Source: Pseudobdellovibrionaceae bacterium
GTDB lineage: Bacteria; Bdellovibrionota; Bdellovibrionia; Bdellovibrionales; Bdellovibrionaceae
Assembly: GCA_947374445.1 (NCBI GenBank)
Contig: CANCBY010000001.1
Location: 1-47,805, forward strand
Direction: 5' to 3'
Length of the DNA stretch: 47,805 nucleotides
Position numbers and translations under genes: made by a program. Positions 33,949-42,522 of this stretch are shown here, piece after piece (position 1 is the stretch's first letter; each line of letters begins with the position of its first letter). Under the pieces are notes generated by a model. It made no database searches and had not been told where the DNA came from. It saw only the letters and a list, made by a program, of their open reading frames with translations.

Positions 33949-36900
33949 TGAACTCAGTTTTTTTTGAGATCGAAGCATTCCATCAGTTTTTAGCTCCTCG
34001 GCTGGCTCGCAAAATTTTAAGTGACGCTATTCAGGTTTCTGCCGTGGATGGGCTTTGTTTGACTCAGCCGCCTTCAGGGCTTGAAACAACAGAATCTCTG
34101 CAATTTCTTTGTGACGTCTATTTGCAAACCAAATCGCAGTTAAAAACAGTGCTTCGCCAGCGCGCAAAGGATAGAGATTTTTTAGATGAACGAGTGGCCG
34201 CTTGTTATCAGTTCAATAAAGAGCGTAGCTACGATATCACAAATCCTCATGCGCGCTCAGTGATTGGTCTTGAGGATGGCAGTGGACGTGTTGTTTTTGG
34301 TCCGTTGCAGACTAACTACTTTACAGTAAACTCAAGCAAAGCAAAAATAGCTCCTTTGCCAGATTGGCTGCAGGGTCCTCATGTGACTCTCTTTGGGCCT
34401 CCGGACAACGCAAAAATGGCGATCAATGCCATGAATAGCTTCCATCGCAAACTCAAATCAGAACCGCCAATTGTTGAAGAGCTTTTAGCGCAAAATAATT
34501 GTTCGCCCTTCTGGGGGGCTGATGACGAGGATTCAAAAACTCCTCTTCACGTAGATTTGGTTGCTGCAGGTGAGAACCTCACGGCCTGTTTTAAAAATAC
34601 ACTTTGTCTTGAAGAGGGTCCGAAGAGGTATTCTCTTGCGAAAGATCATCTTGCAAAACCACTTAAGCGTTTTGCGGGCTTGGCATTGCCTGCAAGTTTT
34701 GCTTTCTATAAAAAAAACCCTCTCCCGCTTCATCTTTATGATTTTGCTCTGCATGTCTTTCATAATTGGGACAATCCTCAAGCTTTGGCGTTCTATGTCC
34801 CTAAATTAGAAAACGAAGAAGAGGCTGCGTATATTCATCACATGATTCAAGTCACAGAGGTGCTTCTTAAAAAGCTCCATCCGCAGTATGTGCTTGGAAC
34901 AATTCGCGTGATGGTAGTACTTGAAAACCCAAGAGCTATTTTGCGTTTGCATGAAATTATGGATAGTCTTTATCCTTATTTTGCAGGCGCGTCGCTTGGT
35001 TGGCATGATTACTTGGCATCGACGGCCCGAATTTTTAAAAATGACGGTCGCTATCGAATTCCGGTCAAAGCAGATCCAGAGATTGTGATCAAGTACATAA
35101 AGGCCTCTCATCATTTATTGGCCGATGTTGTGGGTTCTCGCGGTGGGATTAAAGTCGGCGGCATGTACGGAATTCTTCCTCAGCTGGATGAGCTCGATCC
35201 GACTTTGTCTCAACAGTCGTTTCAGGTGACGCTACGGGGTTTTTTTAAAGATGTGATCACGCAATTGAAGCGAGGCTTGAATGGATTTTGGGTGGCTCAC
35301 CCTGATTTTGTTCGCCTAGGGCTCGCGCTTGTAAAAGCCTGGGATCTTCATGTGGCGGGAGACTCTTTGCCAATTAAAAAGTTGGTTGAGGGCTTGCTTC
35401 CACGTCAATTTCAGAACGAGATCGAAAAGTTTATTTTTGCAGAGGACATAAAAGGACTCGATTCATCAGATCCTCAGTTTGTACGCTCATTGCTTGTGGC
35501 AAATATTAAAAAATCTGAATTTATAGCAAACAATCATCCAGATGAAATTCGCTACAACGTATTTCAGACCTTGCAGTATCTGACTGATTGGCTGAGCGGG
35601 CGTGGTTGTGTGGCGCTTCCAACAAGTATTGATGGCGTGGCTGTGCGAGTGATGGATGATTTGGCCACGGCCGAGCGATCACGCTGGGAGGTTTGGCACG
35701 AGCTTTATCACGGCCGTTTTTTGCTAGAAGATTTTTTAGTGATCGCGGCCGAAGAACTGCATTTTATTCGCAAGAATTTAACTCAAGGTCACAAGTCAGT
35801 TCAGGTTCAGTGGAATGAACGAACGGCCAAGTGGTATCCGGTGGCCTATCATTTAATGATCAAGCTGATGACGGATAAAAATCCTGCCGAGTTTGCCACG
35901 GAGCTTTTGTTGCCGTTTACAGTCGATCACATCAGAAATACCGATGAGCCTTTGGTGGCCTTACAAAAAATTGACCCAGAAAAAATTCGTCTTTTGCCAA
36001 ACGTAGAAAGATTTTTGCAAGGTTTTGAAGCTTGCGGGTCTAAGCGTTGGGCCAGCGCTCTGTCTCAGGATCTCATATTTGATAATTCAAAAGCCGAAGC
36101 CTTGATTAAATCATTTAGTTTTGAAGAGGTAAAAGAAGCCGCTCGATTTCACGGAGATATCGGCGAGAAAAAAGCGACTCTGGACGCTCATGCTTCAAAA
36201 GAGCAGGCCCTCGTTTTTTCTGAAGCCGAGAGTCTTCGCAAAGAACTTCAGGATCTGGGTTCAGAGTATTTAAATAGATTTGGGATAAAGTTTTTGGTTT
36301 CTGCCCAAGGCTTATCTGGGGGAGCTTTGCTCAGTCTTCTTAAAACGCGAAGCTTAAACTCGCTAGAGAGAGAGTTAGAGTTAGCTCGAGAAGCACTTTG
36401 GTTGATTGCAAAAAAAAGAATCACCAGTCGAAATAATGTCGATCTCTTTCAGAAAATTGAAAGCCTAAGACAAAGGTACTCTGTTAAAGCGGCAGGTCTT
36501 TGCATTTTGAATCAGGGACTGACTCAAGAATTAGCCCTTGGCGATGCTCGGGTTCACACCCATTTTCAAATAGCTTCATTGAGTAAGTCCATAGCTTCAG
36601 CCGTTGCTTTGCAATACTTTGAAAGTAAGGGGATTTCACTCTCCACATCGGTGAATCAGCTTCTTACTCAAAGTGGATCTGCTTATCGTATCGAGGCTGT
36701 TGCAGGAGTCGATGCCAGTGAAGTCAAGCTTGCTCATCTTATCAGCCATGCGGCGCTCAACATGCATTATGTCAATGGCATTAAGTCGGGTGAGCCAAAG
36801 CCTTCAGTTGCAGCTCTCGTCGGTGGAAGTGAAAAATACTCTTACCAGCGAGTGATGGCGATCAATCCTCCTGGGCAAAAATTTCAGTATTCGGGTGGGG

Positions 36901-38642
36901 GATTTTTAGTTCTTGAGCATCTGTTAGAGTCCTTGGAGTCAAAGCCGATTCAAGAGATTATTTCTCCGTATCTCGCGGCGATGGGGCTTAAAAATTTGGG
37001 TTGTGGTCAATCTGTTTTTGAAACAGCCAAAGGCTATTTTGATGACGGCAAAATGGTTTCGGGTGGGGGATTCCAGTTTCCATTGTTTGCAGCGGGGATG
37101 ACGTCTGATGCTAAAACAGTAGCGCAATTTCTGCGGGGGCTTGAATTAGCCTATAAAAATCTTCAAGGCTCTGCAGGAATATCACATGATTCGGCTGTAG
37201 AGATGCTTCACGGAACCGATCGCGGCTGCCAAAAATTTATGGGTTGCTTGATGGGGCTGGGGATTTTTGTTGCTGAAGCGGGCCCCAATAAAATGATGTT
37301 GCATCAAGGGTCTAACGAGGGCTTTCGAGCCTTATTTTTGCATTGTTATGCGGGTCCAGATGCAGGCAAAGGCATGGTTCTTTTGTGCAATGCTGACAAC
37401 CAAGGTTTGAGATTTATTGCCGAGACGGCGCAAGAACTGTTGAAAGCTTTCGAATTTCAAGGAATCAATTTTGATCTCTTTAGGCATCATTTCGATGCCA
37501 GCCTTTTTTCTCAAGAACAGATCGTAAATATGGGTTACAAGCAGTTAATTTTTTCAGCGTTTGAGCCCACTTTGCCTGAAAAAATTTTAGTTCATGGTCC
37601 GGTGAATTCGATGTCGCGTTTTGATATCTTGTCCGAGGCTAAAGTCATTTCTGTGACCAATCAAAAATTTGCAAGGGCTGAAAATCTTATCAGCCCCTTT
37701 GAGCCCACCTTTGACCCAGAGCTTTTTGGCCAGCAAGGCAAAGTGATGGACAGTTGGGAGTCAGTTCGTCACAACACATTGGAGTGCGACGAGGTTGTAT
37801 TTGAGCTGCAAAAGCCTTCATCGGTGAATTACATTTTTATTTCTACAAAATTTCACGACGGCAATCAGGCTGAATTTGTGAGGATTTTGGGTCTAATTGA
37901 AGCTAAGGTTGAGATTGATGCCGCTGGTTCTGAAAAGTGGATCGAGATTCTGCCAAAAGTACAAATGTTAGGACATTCATTTCGAAAAATAAGACTTGCA
38001 TCACCTACATCTATTTTCTCTCGCATTAAGATTCAAATGCAACCCGATGGGGGGCTTACACGAGTGGGTCTCTATCGAGAGTTTTCGATTTTAGATCGTG
38101 AAGGATTTGAAGCCCTTGAAAAAAGCAAATGCGTCCGATTTGCTGAGGCTATTCCTAAAGCACAAAAACCCTTGAGTCTTTCTTATGTGCCCGCGGCTAT
38201 TGATAAAAATAAAACTTCGCGAAAAAATCTTGCAAGTCTTGCTGAAGGCGCAAAGATGCTCTCGGCAACGAACGAGCATTATGGTCCTGCGATTCAGTTG
38301 CTTTCGCCGTTTGCGCCGCTCAATATGTTTGACGGAATTGAGTCCGCTCGCAGTCGCAAGCCAGGGCACTTTGAAGAGGTTATCGTCGCTCTCAGCGAAA
38401 TAAGCACCGTGAGTGAAGTTGTTTTGGATTTTAAATATTTTGTGAATAACAACCCTCTTTTTGTAGAAATCGAAGCGCTCTCAGTAACAAGTGGCTGGGT
38501 GTCTTTGGTTAAAAAAACTCAAGTGAAAGCATTTGCAGGAAATCAAAAATCGTTTTTTGTTAGCAACAACGATCAATTCACCCAAATTAGATTAAAGACA
38601 TTGCCTGACGGCGGAATCAACAGACTCTTTGTTTATGAATGA
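33948..38642 (+). CDS. 1564-aa four-module fusion: malate synthase-like (about aa 1-680), OHCU decarboxylase (about aa 685-830), beta-lactamase-fold serine hydrolase (about aa 850-1190), allantoicase (about aa 1210-1564)
   Basis: Malate synthase A-like: LYDFALHVFHN, FYVPKLENEEEA, TIRVMVVLEN, GGMYG, GFWVAHPDFV, VMDDLATAERSRWEVW. OHCU decarboxylase: CGSKRWA, EAARFHGDIGE, SKEQ, YLNRFGIKFLVSAQGLSG, ELELAREALWLIAKKRI. Serine hydrolase: ASLSKS (Ser877-x-x-Lys), HYVNG (YxN), LHQGS (HxG). Allantoicase repeats: QQGKVMDSWESVRHN, FHDGNQAEF, MQPDGGLTRVGLY and TLPDGGINRLFVY. No stop codon across 4695 nt. Confidence 0.85.
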   Translation: MNSVFFEIEAFHQFLAPRLARKILSDAIQVSAVDGLCLTQPPSGLETTESLQFLCDVYLQTKSQLKTVLRQRAKDRDFLDERVAACYQFNKERSYDITNPHARSVIGLEDGSGRVVFGPLQTNYFTVNSSKAKIAPLPDWLQGPHVTLFGPPDNAKMAINAMNSFHRKLKSEPPIVEELLAQNNCSPFWGADDEDSKTPLHVDLVAAGENLTACFKNTLCLEEGPKRYSLAKDHLAKPLKRFAGLALPASFAFYKKNPLPLHLYDFALHVFHNWDNPQALAFYVPKLENEEEAAYIHHMIQVTEVLLKKLHPQYVLGTIRVMVVLENPRAILRLHEIMDSLYPYFAGASLGWHDYLASTARIFKNDGRYRIPVKADPEIVIKYIKASHHLLADVVGSRGGIKVGGMYGILPQLDELDPTLSQQSFQVTLRGFFKDVITQLKRGLNGFWVAHPDFVRLGLALVKAWDLHVAGDSLPIKKLVEGLLPRQFQNEIEKFIFAEDIKGLDSSDPQFVRSLLVANIKKSEFIANNHPDEIRYNVFQTLQYLTDWLSGRGCVALPTSIDGVAVRVMDDLATAERSRWEVWHELYHGRFLLEDFLVIAAEELHFIRKNLTQGHKSVQVQWNERTAKWYPVAYHLMIKLMTDKNPAEFATELLLPFTVDHIRNTDEPLVALQKIDPEKIRLLPNVERFLQGFEACGSKRWASALSQDLIFDNSKAEALIKSFSFEEVKEAARFHGDIGEKKATLDAHASKEQALVFSEAESLRKELQDLGSEYLNRFGIKFLVSAQGLSGGALLSLLKTRSLNSLERELELAREALWLIAKKRITSRNNVDLFQKIESLRQRYSVKAAGLCILNQGLTQELALGDARVHTHFQIASLSKSIASAVALQYFESKGISLSTSVNQLLTQSGSAYRIEAVAGVDASEVKLAHLISHAALNMHYVNGIKSGEPKPSVAALVGGSEKYSYQRVMAINPPGQKFQYSGGGFLVLEHLLESLESKPIQEIISPYLAAMGLKNLGCGQSVFETAKGYFDDGKMVSGGGFQFPLFAAGMTSDAKTVAQFLRGLELAYKNLQGSAGISHDSAVEMLHGTDRGCQKFMGCLMGLGIFVAEAGPNKMMLHQGSNEGFRALFLHCYAGPDAGKGMVLLCNADNQGLRFIAETAQELLKAFEFQGINFDLFRHHFDASLFSQEQIVNMGYKQLIFSAFEPTLPEKILVHGPVNSMSRFDILSEAKVISVTNQKFARAENLISPFEPTFDPELFGQQGKVMDSWESVRHNTLECDEVVFELQKPSSVNYIFISTKFHDGNQAEFVRILGLIEAKVEIDAAGSEKWIEILPKVQMLGHSFRKIRLASPTSIFSRIKIQMQPDGGLTRVGLYREFSILDREGFEALEKSKCVRFAEAIPKAQKPLSLSYVPAAIDKNKTSRKNLASLAEGAKMLSATNEHYGPAIQLLSPFAPLNMFDGIESARSRKPGHFEEVIVALSEISTVSEVVLDFKYFVNNNPLFVEIEALSVTSGWVSLVKKTQVKAFAGNQKSFFVSNNDQFTQIRLKTLPDGGINRLFVYE

Positions 38643-38700
38643 AGAGACAAAAGACCTTTGAGTCGATAGATTGTTAAGATAATAGAAGGGCTTAAAAAAG

Positions 38701-38958
38701 ATGACGAATAACGACATATTTAAAAAACTCCGGGTCGCGCTCTCATTCAAAGACACGGATATCATCGAGTGCTTGGCTTTGGTTGATTATAATATTTCAA
38801 AGAGCGAGCTCTCGGCCATTTTTCGGGCTGAAGACCATCCGAACTATCAAGAGTGCGGCGATCAATTGCTTCGCAACTTTTTAAATGGCTTGATCATCAA
38901 AAATCGTGGACCGATGCCGTCAGATAAAAAGGCTCCGCCATCCAATAAGAAATGGTAA
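38701..38958 (+). CDS. DUF1456 family protein (YehS-like)
   Basis: MTNNDIFKKLRVALSFKDTDIIECL...SELSAIFR...YQECGDQLLRNFLNGL is the typical DUF1456 repeat. Confidence 0.7.
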   Translation: MTNNDIFKKLRVALSFKDTDIIECLALVDYNISKSELSAIFRAEDHPNYQECGDQLLRNFLNGLIIKNRGPMPSDKKAPPSNKKW

Positions 38959-38970
38959 GCCCCAGAAGGT

Positions 38971-40164
38971 TTATTGGCCAACTTGGTGTTGGCTGATCCA
39001 ACTTGCGAGTATGGCTCGCTCTTCATCGGTGATTTTAGTTTTATTTATCAGCGGCATTGTTTTTGCGACAACGACCTGCTGGTAAAGCTGAGGAATCACT
39101 TTTAGCATCTGCTCTTCTGTTTCAAGAATGAGTCCCTTTGGAGGCTCGGTAAAAATGTCGTCAGTTGGATGGACTCCATGGCAGGCCAGGCATCGCGCTT
39201 GAACGATGGGATGTATTTGCGAATAAGTTACTAAATCCGACGAGCTGCTCCCGCGGTCAGCAATGGGCTGATTGGCAGTGATATAAATGAGTGCCAAAAG
39301 TCCTAAGGAAGCAGGCAGAAGAGTCCATCTCTCTTTGCTATTTTTAGTGACCATAGCGTGGCGAACCATCGCTCCAGAAATCAAAAGAACAATGAGAATC
39401 TGCCAATTATAAACGTGGTTGTAGAGTGCCGGATAATGGTTGCTGAGCATTATGAAAAGAACAGGAAATGTAAAATAGGTATTATGAACAGAGCGGGTCT
39501 TCGCCTTGACGCTGAATGAGTAATCAGGGACTCGTCCTTCGCTGGCATCAAAGACCATCTTTTTTTGTCCAGGTAATATGCGAACCCAAACATTCAAAAG
39601 CATCATTGTTCCGAGCATAGCTCCTGTTTGAATAAAAGCTCCGCGAGAGCTAAAAAAATGAAGATTAATCATGATAAAACCAAAGAGCAGACCAGCAGAT
39701 AAAAGAATATTGATAAACTTTGACTGAATGTACTTCCAGATACTGTCGTAAATCAGCCATCCAGATATAATCAGGCCTAGGCTTGTTGCAATGGCTTCTA
39801 GTTGGGTGAGTGAGGTCGTTGGATTAGAGGAATTAATGAGAAGACTTGCGCCCTTCAGATAATACAAATAAATTAAAAGTAAATAGCCCGTCATGACTGT
39901 GAGCGTGGCCTCCCACTTAAACCAGTGCAAAACCTTCGGCAGTTCTCCAGGATAGATTTTTTTCTTTTCGACTTGGTAGTAAAAGCCTCCATGTACCATG
40001 AAGAGTTCCCCATCGACGTTTCTTCTGGGTGTTTCTGGTGGAACAAAGGCGCTGTCGAGCCACATAAAATAAAAAGAACTACCAATCCACGCGATCCCAG
40101 CCACTAAGTGAGAGAAGCGAATCAAATACTCGACCCAAATATCAACACTGGAATAAAGCGACAT
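38971..40164 (-). CDS. puuD: integral-membrane cytochrome-c urate hydroxylase (PuuD / DUF989 type)
   Basis: The N-terminal RFSHLVAGIAWIGSSFYFMWLDS...FMVHGGFYY matches the DUF989 core. Multiple TM helices. The C-terminal soluble domain carries the heme-c motif CLACH. Lies in a purine-catabolic context. Confidence 0.75.
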   Translation of the reverse strand: MSLYSSVDIWVEYLIRFSHLVAGIAWIGSSFYFMWLDSAFVPPETPRRNVDGELFMVHGGFYYQVEKKKIYPGELPKVLHWFKWEATLTVMTGYLLLIYLYYLKGASLLINSSNPTTSLTQLEAIATSLGLIISGWLIYDSIWKYIQSKFINILLSAGLLFGFIMINLHFFSSRGAFIQTGAMLGTMMLLNVWVRILPGQKKMVFDASEGRVPDYSFSVKAKTRSVHNTYFTFPVLFIMLSNHYPALYNHVYNWQILIVLLISGAMVRHAMVTKNSKERWTLLPASLGLLALIYITANQPIADRGSSSSDLVTYSQIHPIVQARCLACHGVHPTDDIFTEPPKGLILETEEQMLKVIPQLYQQVVVAKTMPLINKTKITDEERAILASWISQHQVGQ

Positions 40165-40170
40165 AGATTT

Positions 40171-40908
40171 TTAACTTCCTTGAATACGTGAAAAGTATTT
40201 TTTGCGAATTCTTAAGATATCTCGAAAGACACGAATGATTTCTTTGGAGACCTTTAGTTTGGAACCAGGGATATCATGCCACTGCATCAGAGGGTATTCG
40301 ACAATAGCTTTATCTTTAAGACGAAGAAGAATTTCGATGTCAAAAATCCATCGACTCAAAAAGCTCTCAGCGAAGGCCTGCAGTAAAATTTCTTTTTTAA
40401 ATATTTTAGCTCCACATTGAGTGTCGTAGGCCTGAACATCTAAAGCTTGATGCACCAGAGTAGCAAAGCCGCGACCAAGGTAATGTCGCAAGGCCGAACG
40501 CTTGATATCACTGCCAAGGCGATAGACCCGGCTTCCCCAAACTGAGTCCACGTGATCGTACATTTCTGCAAACTTTATAAAATGCGGAATTTCAGAGAGA
40601 GGTGTGGCCAAGTCCGCATCCCAAAAACCAAACCAGTTTGCATCCCGAAACCAATCCATTTTTTTTAATTCAAGTGCTGCAAACCGAATAGCTTCACCTT
40701 TGCCAGCATTCTTTTCTAAACGGATAGCCCGGCAATGCTCTGAATGAGGGATGTGCTTATTAAGAAATGAAAAAGTATCATCGCTGGAGCCATCGTCGAC
40801 AAAGAGAAATTTCAGATTTGCGGATGACGTTTTGATAAAGCTGTGAAGATCTAAGCGGTTGGTTTCATTAAAGCAAGGAACTATCAAAACGATCAATTTC
40901 AACCTCAA
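40171..40908 (-). CDS. family 2 glycosyltransferase (polyprenyl-phosphate glycosyltransferase, GtrB/DPG-synthase-like)
   Basis: VLIVPCFNETNRL, FLFVDDGSSDDT and DADLATP motifs. Confidence 0.8.
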   Translation of the reverse strand: MRLKLIVLIVPCFNETNRLDLHSFIKTSSANLKFLFVDDGSSDDTFSFLNKHIPHSEHCRAIRLEKNAGKGEAIRFAALELKKMDWFRDANWFGFWDADLATPLSEIPHFIKFAEMYDHVDSVWGSRVYRLGSDIKRSALRHYLGRGFATLVHQALDVQAYDTQCGAKIFKKEILLQAFAESFLSRWIFDIEILLRLKDKAIVEYPLMQWHDIPGSKLKVSKEIIRVFRDILRIRKKYFSRIQGS

Positions 40909-40937
40909 ATATTTTTAAGACGTGAGTCTATGGATGA

Positions 40938-42398
40938 TTAATGTATTTCCGCTCGATGGTAAGAGCCTTGAGATGATGACTCAAGTCGCACGGATTTGGC
41001 ACCAAAATAATAGGCTAAAGAAGCGTTTCTCCAGTCCGCTCTGTCCTCAATGATATCGTCAAAAAACAGAGTGATAGGTGGGTCGGAGTAGGGCTTAAGG
41101 ACAACATCTTTCATTTGATTTTGCTGAAAAATAGCGATGCGTTCTTTGTTTTCTCGATCGAAGGTTCGTGCCTTAAACAGCAAGTCGTACCAGGCGACTC
41201 CTATATTTCCGATAATCAATAACGATAGCAAAAATACGATGCTACCAAAGCCGCGCAAATATTTTGTTTGGAGGGTGTCACAGAACCTCAAGAAGCCACT
41301 GTTCCGATTAGGATGTGACCAAAGGTACTGGCAATACATAATACCGAAAGAAAACAAATGCATCGCACAAAGCATATTAAGGGTGCGGCGTGGAGGACTG
41401 TGACTCATGGCCCACTCAGCTGGTCCTAGAAAAAGAAAGGAGAGTGCAGCGTAAAGAAAAAATGTCATCCACCGAGTTTGTTTCTGGTAAAACCAAGGCT
41501 CTATTTTTGGCTTTAAAGACAAAATTTTTGGGATTGAGATGAGCAGCGCTAAGAGATAAGGAACTTTTAGATAGCGAAAGAATATTTCAACGCTCAGTCC
41601 GAGAGATTTGAAGATGGTTTTTAAAATATTGTGTTCCGTTGCGAGTTGAGCTTCGCGGACTTTGTTCCCTGGGGCCAACACACTTATCGCTAGCGCAATG
41701 ATGGCAAATAGAAGTGTGTAAGAGAGGAGTCTGGAGATCTCTTTTTTTGTTTTGTACTCGTAAATAAGGCCAACGATCAAAATGTAGATCCAAGTAACAT
41801 TGAGCGTCTCGTTAAGGCCACCTATGAGAATTGAGCAAAAACACATGAGAACAAGAAAACTAGCTTTTTGAAATTTTGAAATTTTGTTAGGCTTTTGCTC
41901 GAAACCCCAACCCTGGTACCAGCAAAAAAGACTGAGTATCATTAGAAAAATCGAAAAAGCCCAAGTGTATGTCACAAACCCTGACAGCCAGTAAAATCCC
42001 TCTACTGGACTGGGCATTTCAGACATATAGACGGCATAAAATCCAATAAAAAAAAGAGCGAGTTCTGATTTTGATAATAGTTTTCCGACAATCACCTTTG
42101 AAAAAACAAAAAAACTAAAGCCTAGAAGTAAGACATTAAACGCGCCTAAAAAAATATATCCATCCATTGTCCCAAAGGCCAACGGGCTCAATGAAAGTAA
42201 AGCGGTTGAAACATAGCGGCCCGACCAGCCAAAGTACATTTGCAATTGTGAGGTCCAAAAGCCCATAGACATTTTGGCTTCGGCATAGGAGTAGTCGTCG
42301 GCAACAGGAAAATTGAAAAGACTCAGAGCCAAAAATGGTAGGATCAATAAAAGTAAAAATAAAATAATGACTTTTGCAGAAGCCAATTTTTGATTCAT
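40938..42398 (-). CDS. polytopic membrane protein, putative GT-C-type glycosyltransferase partner of the upstream GT2
   Basis: About 12 predicted TM helices and an early FPVADDY acidic motif. Positioned like a GtrC/ArnT-type enzyme next to a polyprenyl-P sugar synthase. Function is by context only. Confidence 0.45.
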   Translation of the reverse strand: MNQKLASAKVIILFLLLLILPFLALSLFNFPVADDYSYAEAKMSMGFWTSQLQMYFGWSGRYVSTALLSLSPLAFGTMDGYIFLGAFNVLLLGFSFFVFSKVIVGKLLSKSELALFFIGFYAVYMSEMPSPVEGFYWLSGFVTYTWAFSIFLMILSLFCWYQGWGFEQKPNKISKFQKASFLVLMCFCSILIGGLNETLNVTWIYILIVGLIYEYKTKKEISRLLSYTLLFAIIALAISVLAPGNKVREAQLATEHNILKTIFKSLGLSVEIFFRYLKVPYLLALLISIPKILSLKPKIEPWFYQKQTRWMTFFLYAALSFLFLGPAEWAMSHSPPRRTLNMLCAMHLFSFGIMYCQYLWSHPNRNSGFLRFCDTLQTKYLRGFGSIVFLLSLLIIGNIGVAWYDLLFKARTFDRENKERIAIFQQNQMKDVVLKPYSDPPITLFFDDIIEDRADWRNASLAYYFGAKSVRLESSSQGSYHRAEIH

Positions 42399-42522
42399 TT
42401 ATTTGCCCTGTCGCTAAAATAGAATTTGTAAAACGTTCGAGAGTATTTGTAGCCGAGTGAGTCTATGTCGGCTAGCAAATTATTTCCGCTGAATGAAGTA
42501 TGCGGATGGGGCTAGATTTAAA

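Noticed and set aside
36480-37520. The beta-lactamase-fold segment as an antibiotic-resistance (class C beta-lactamase) gene.
   Set aside because: It has no signal peptide and no start or stop of its own. It is an internal module of a cytoplasmic catabolic fusion protein, and the family is broad (esterases, amidases, DD-peptidases).
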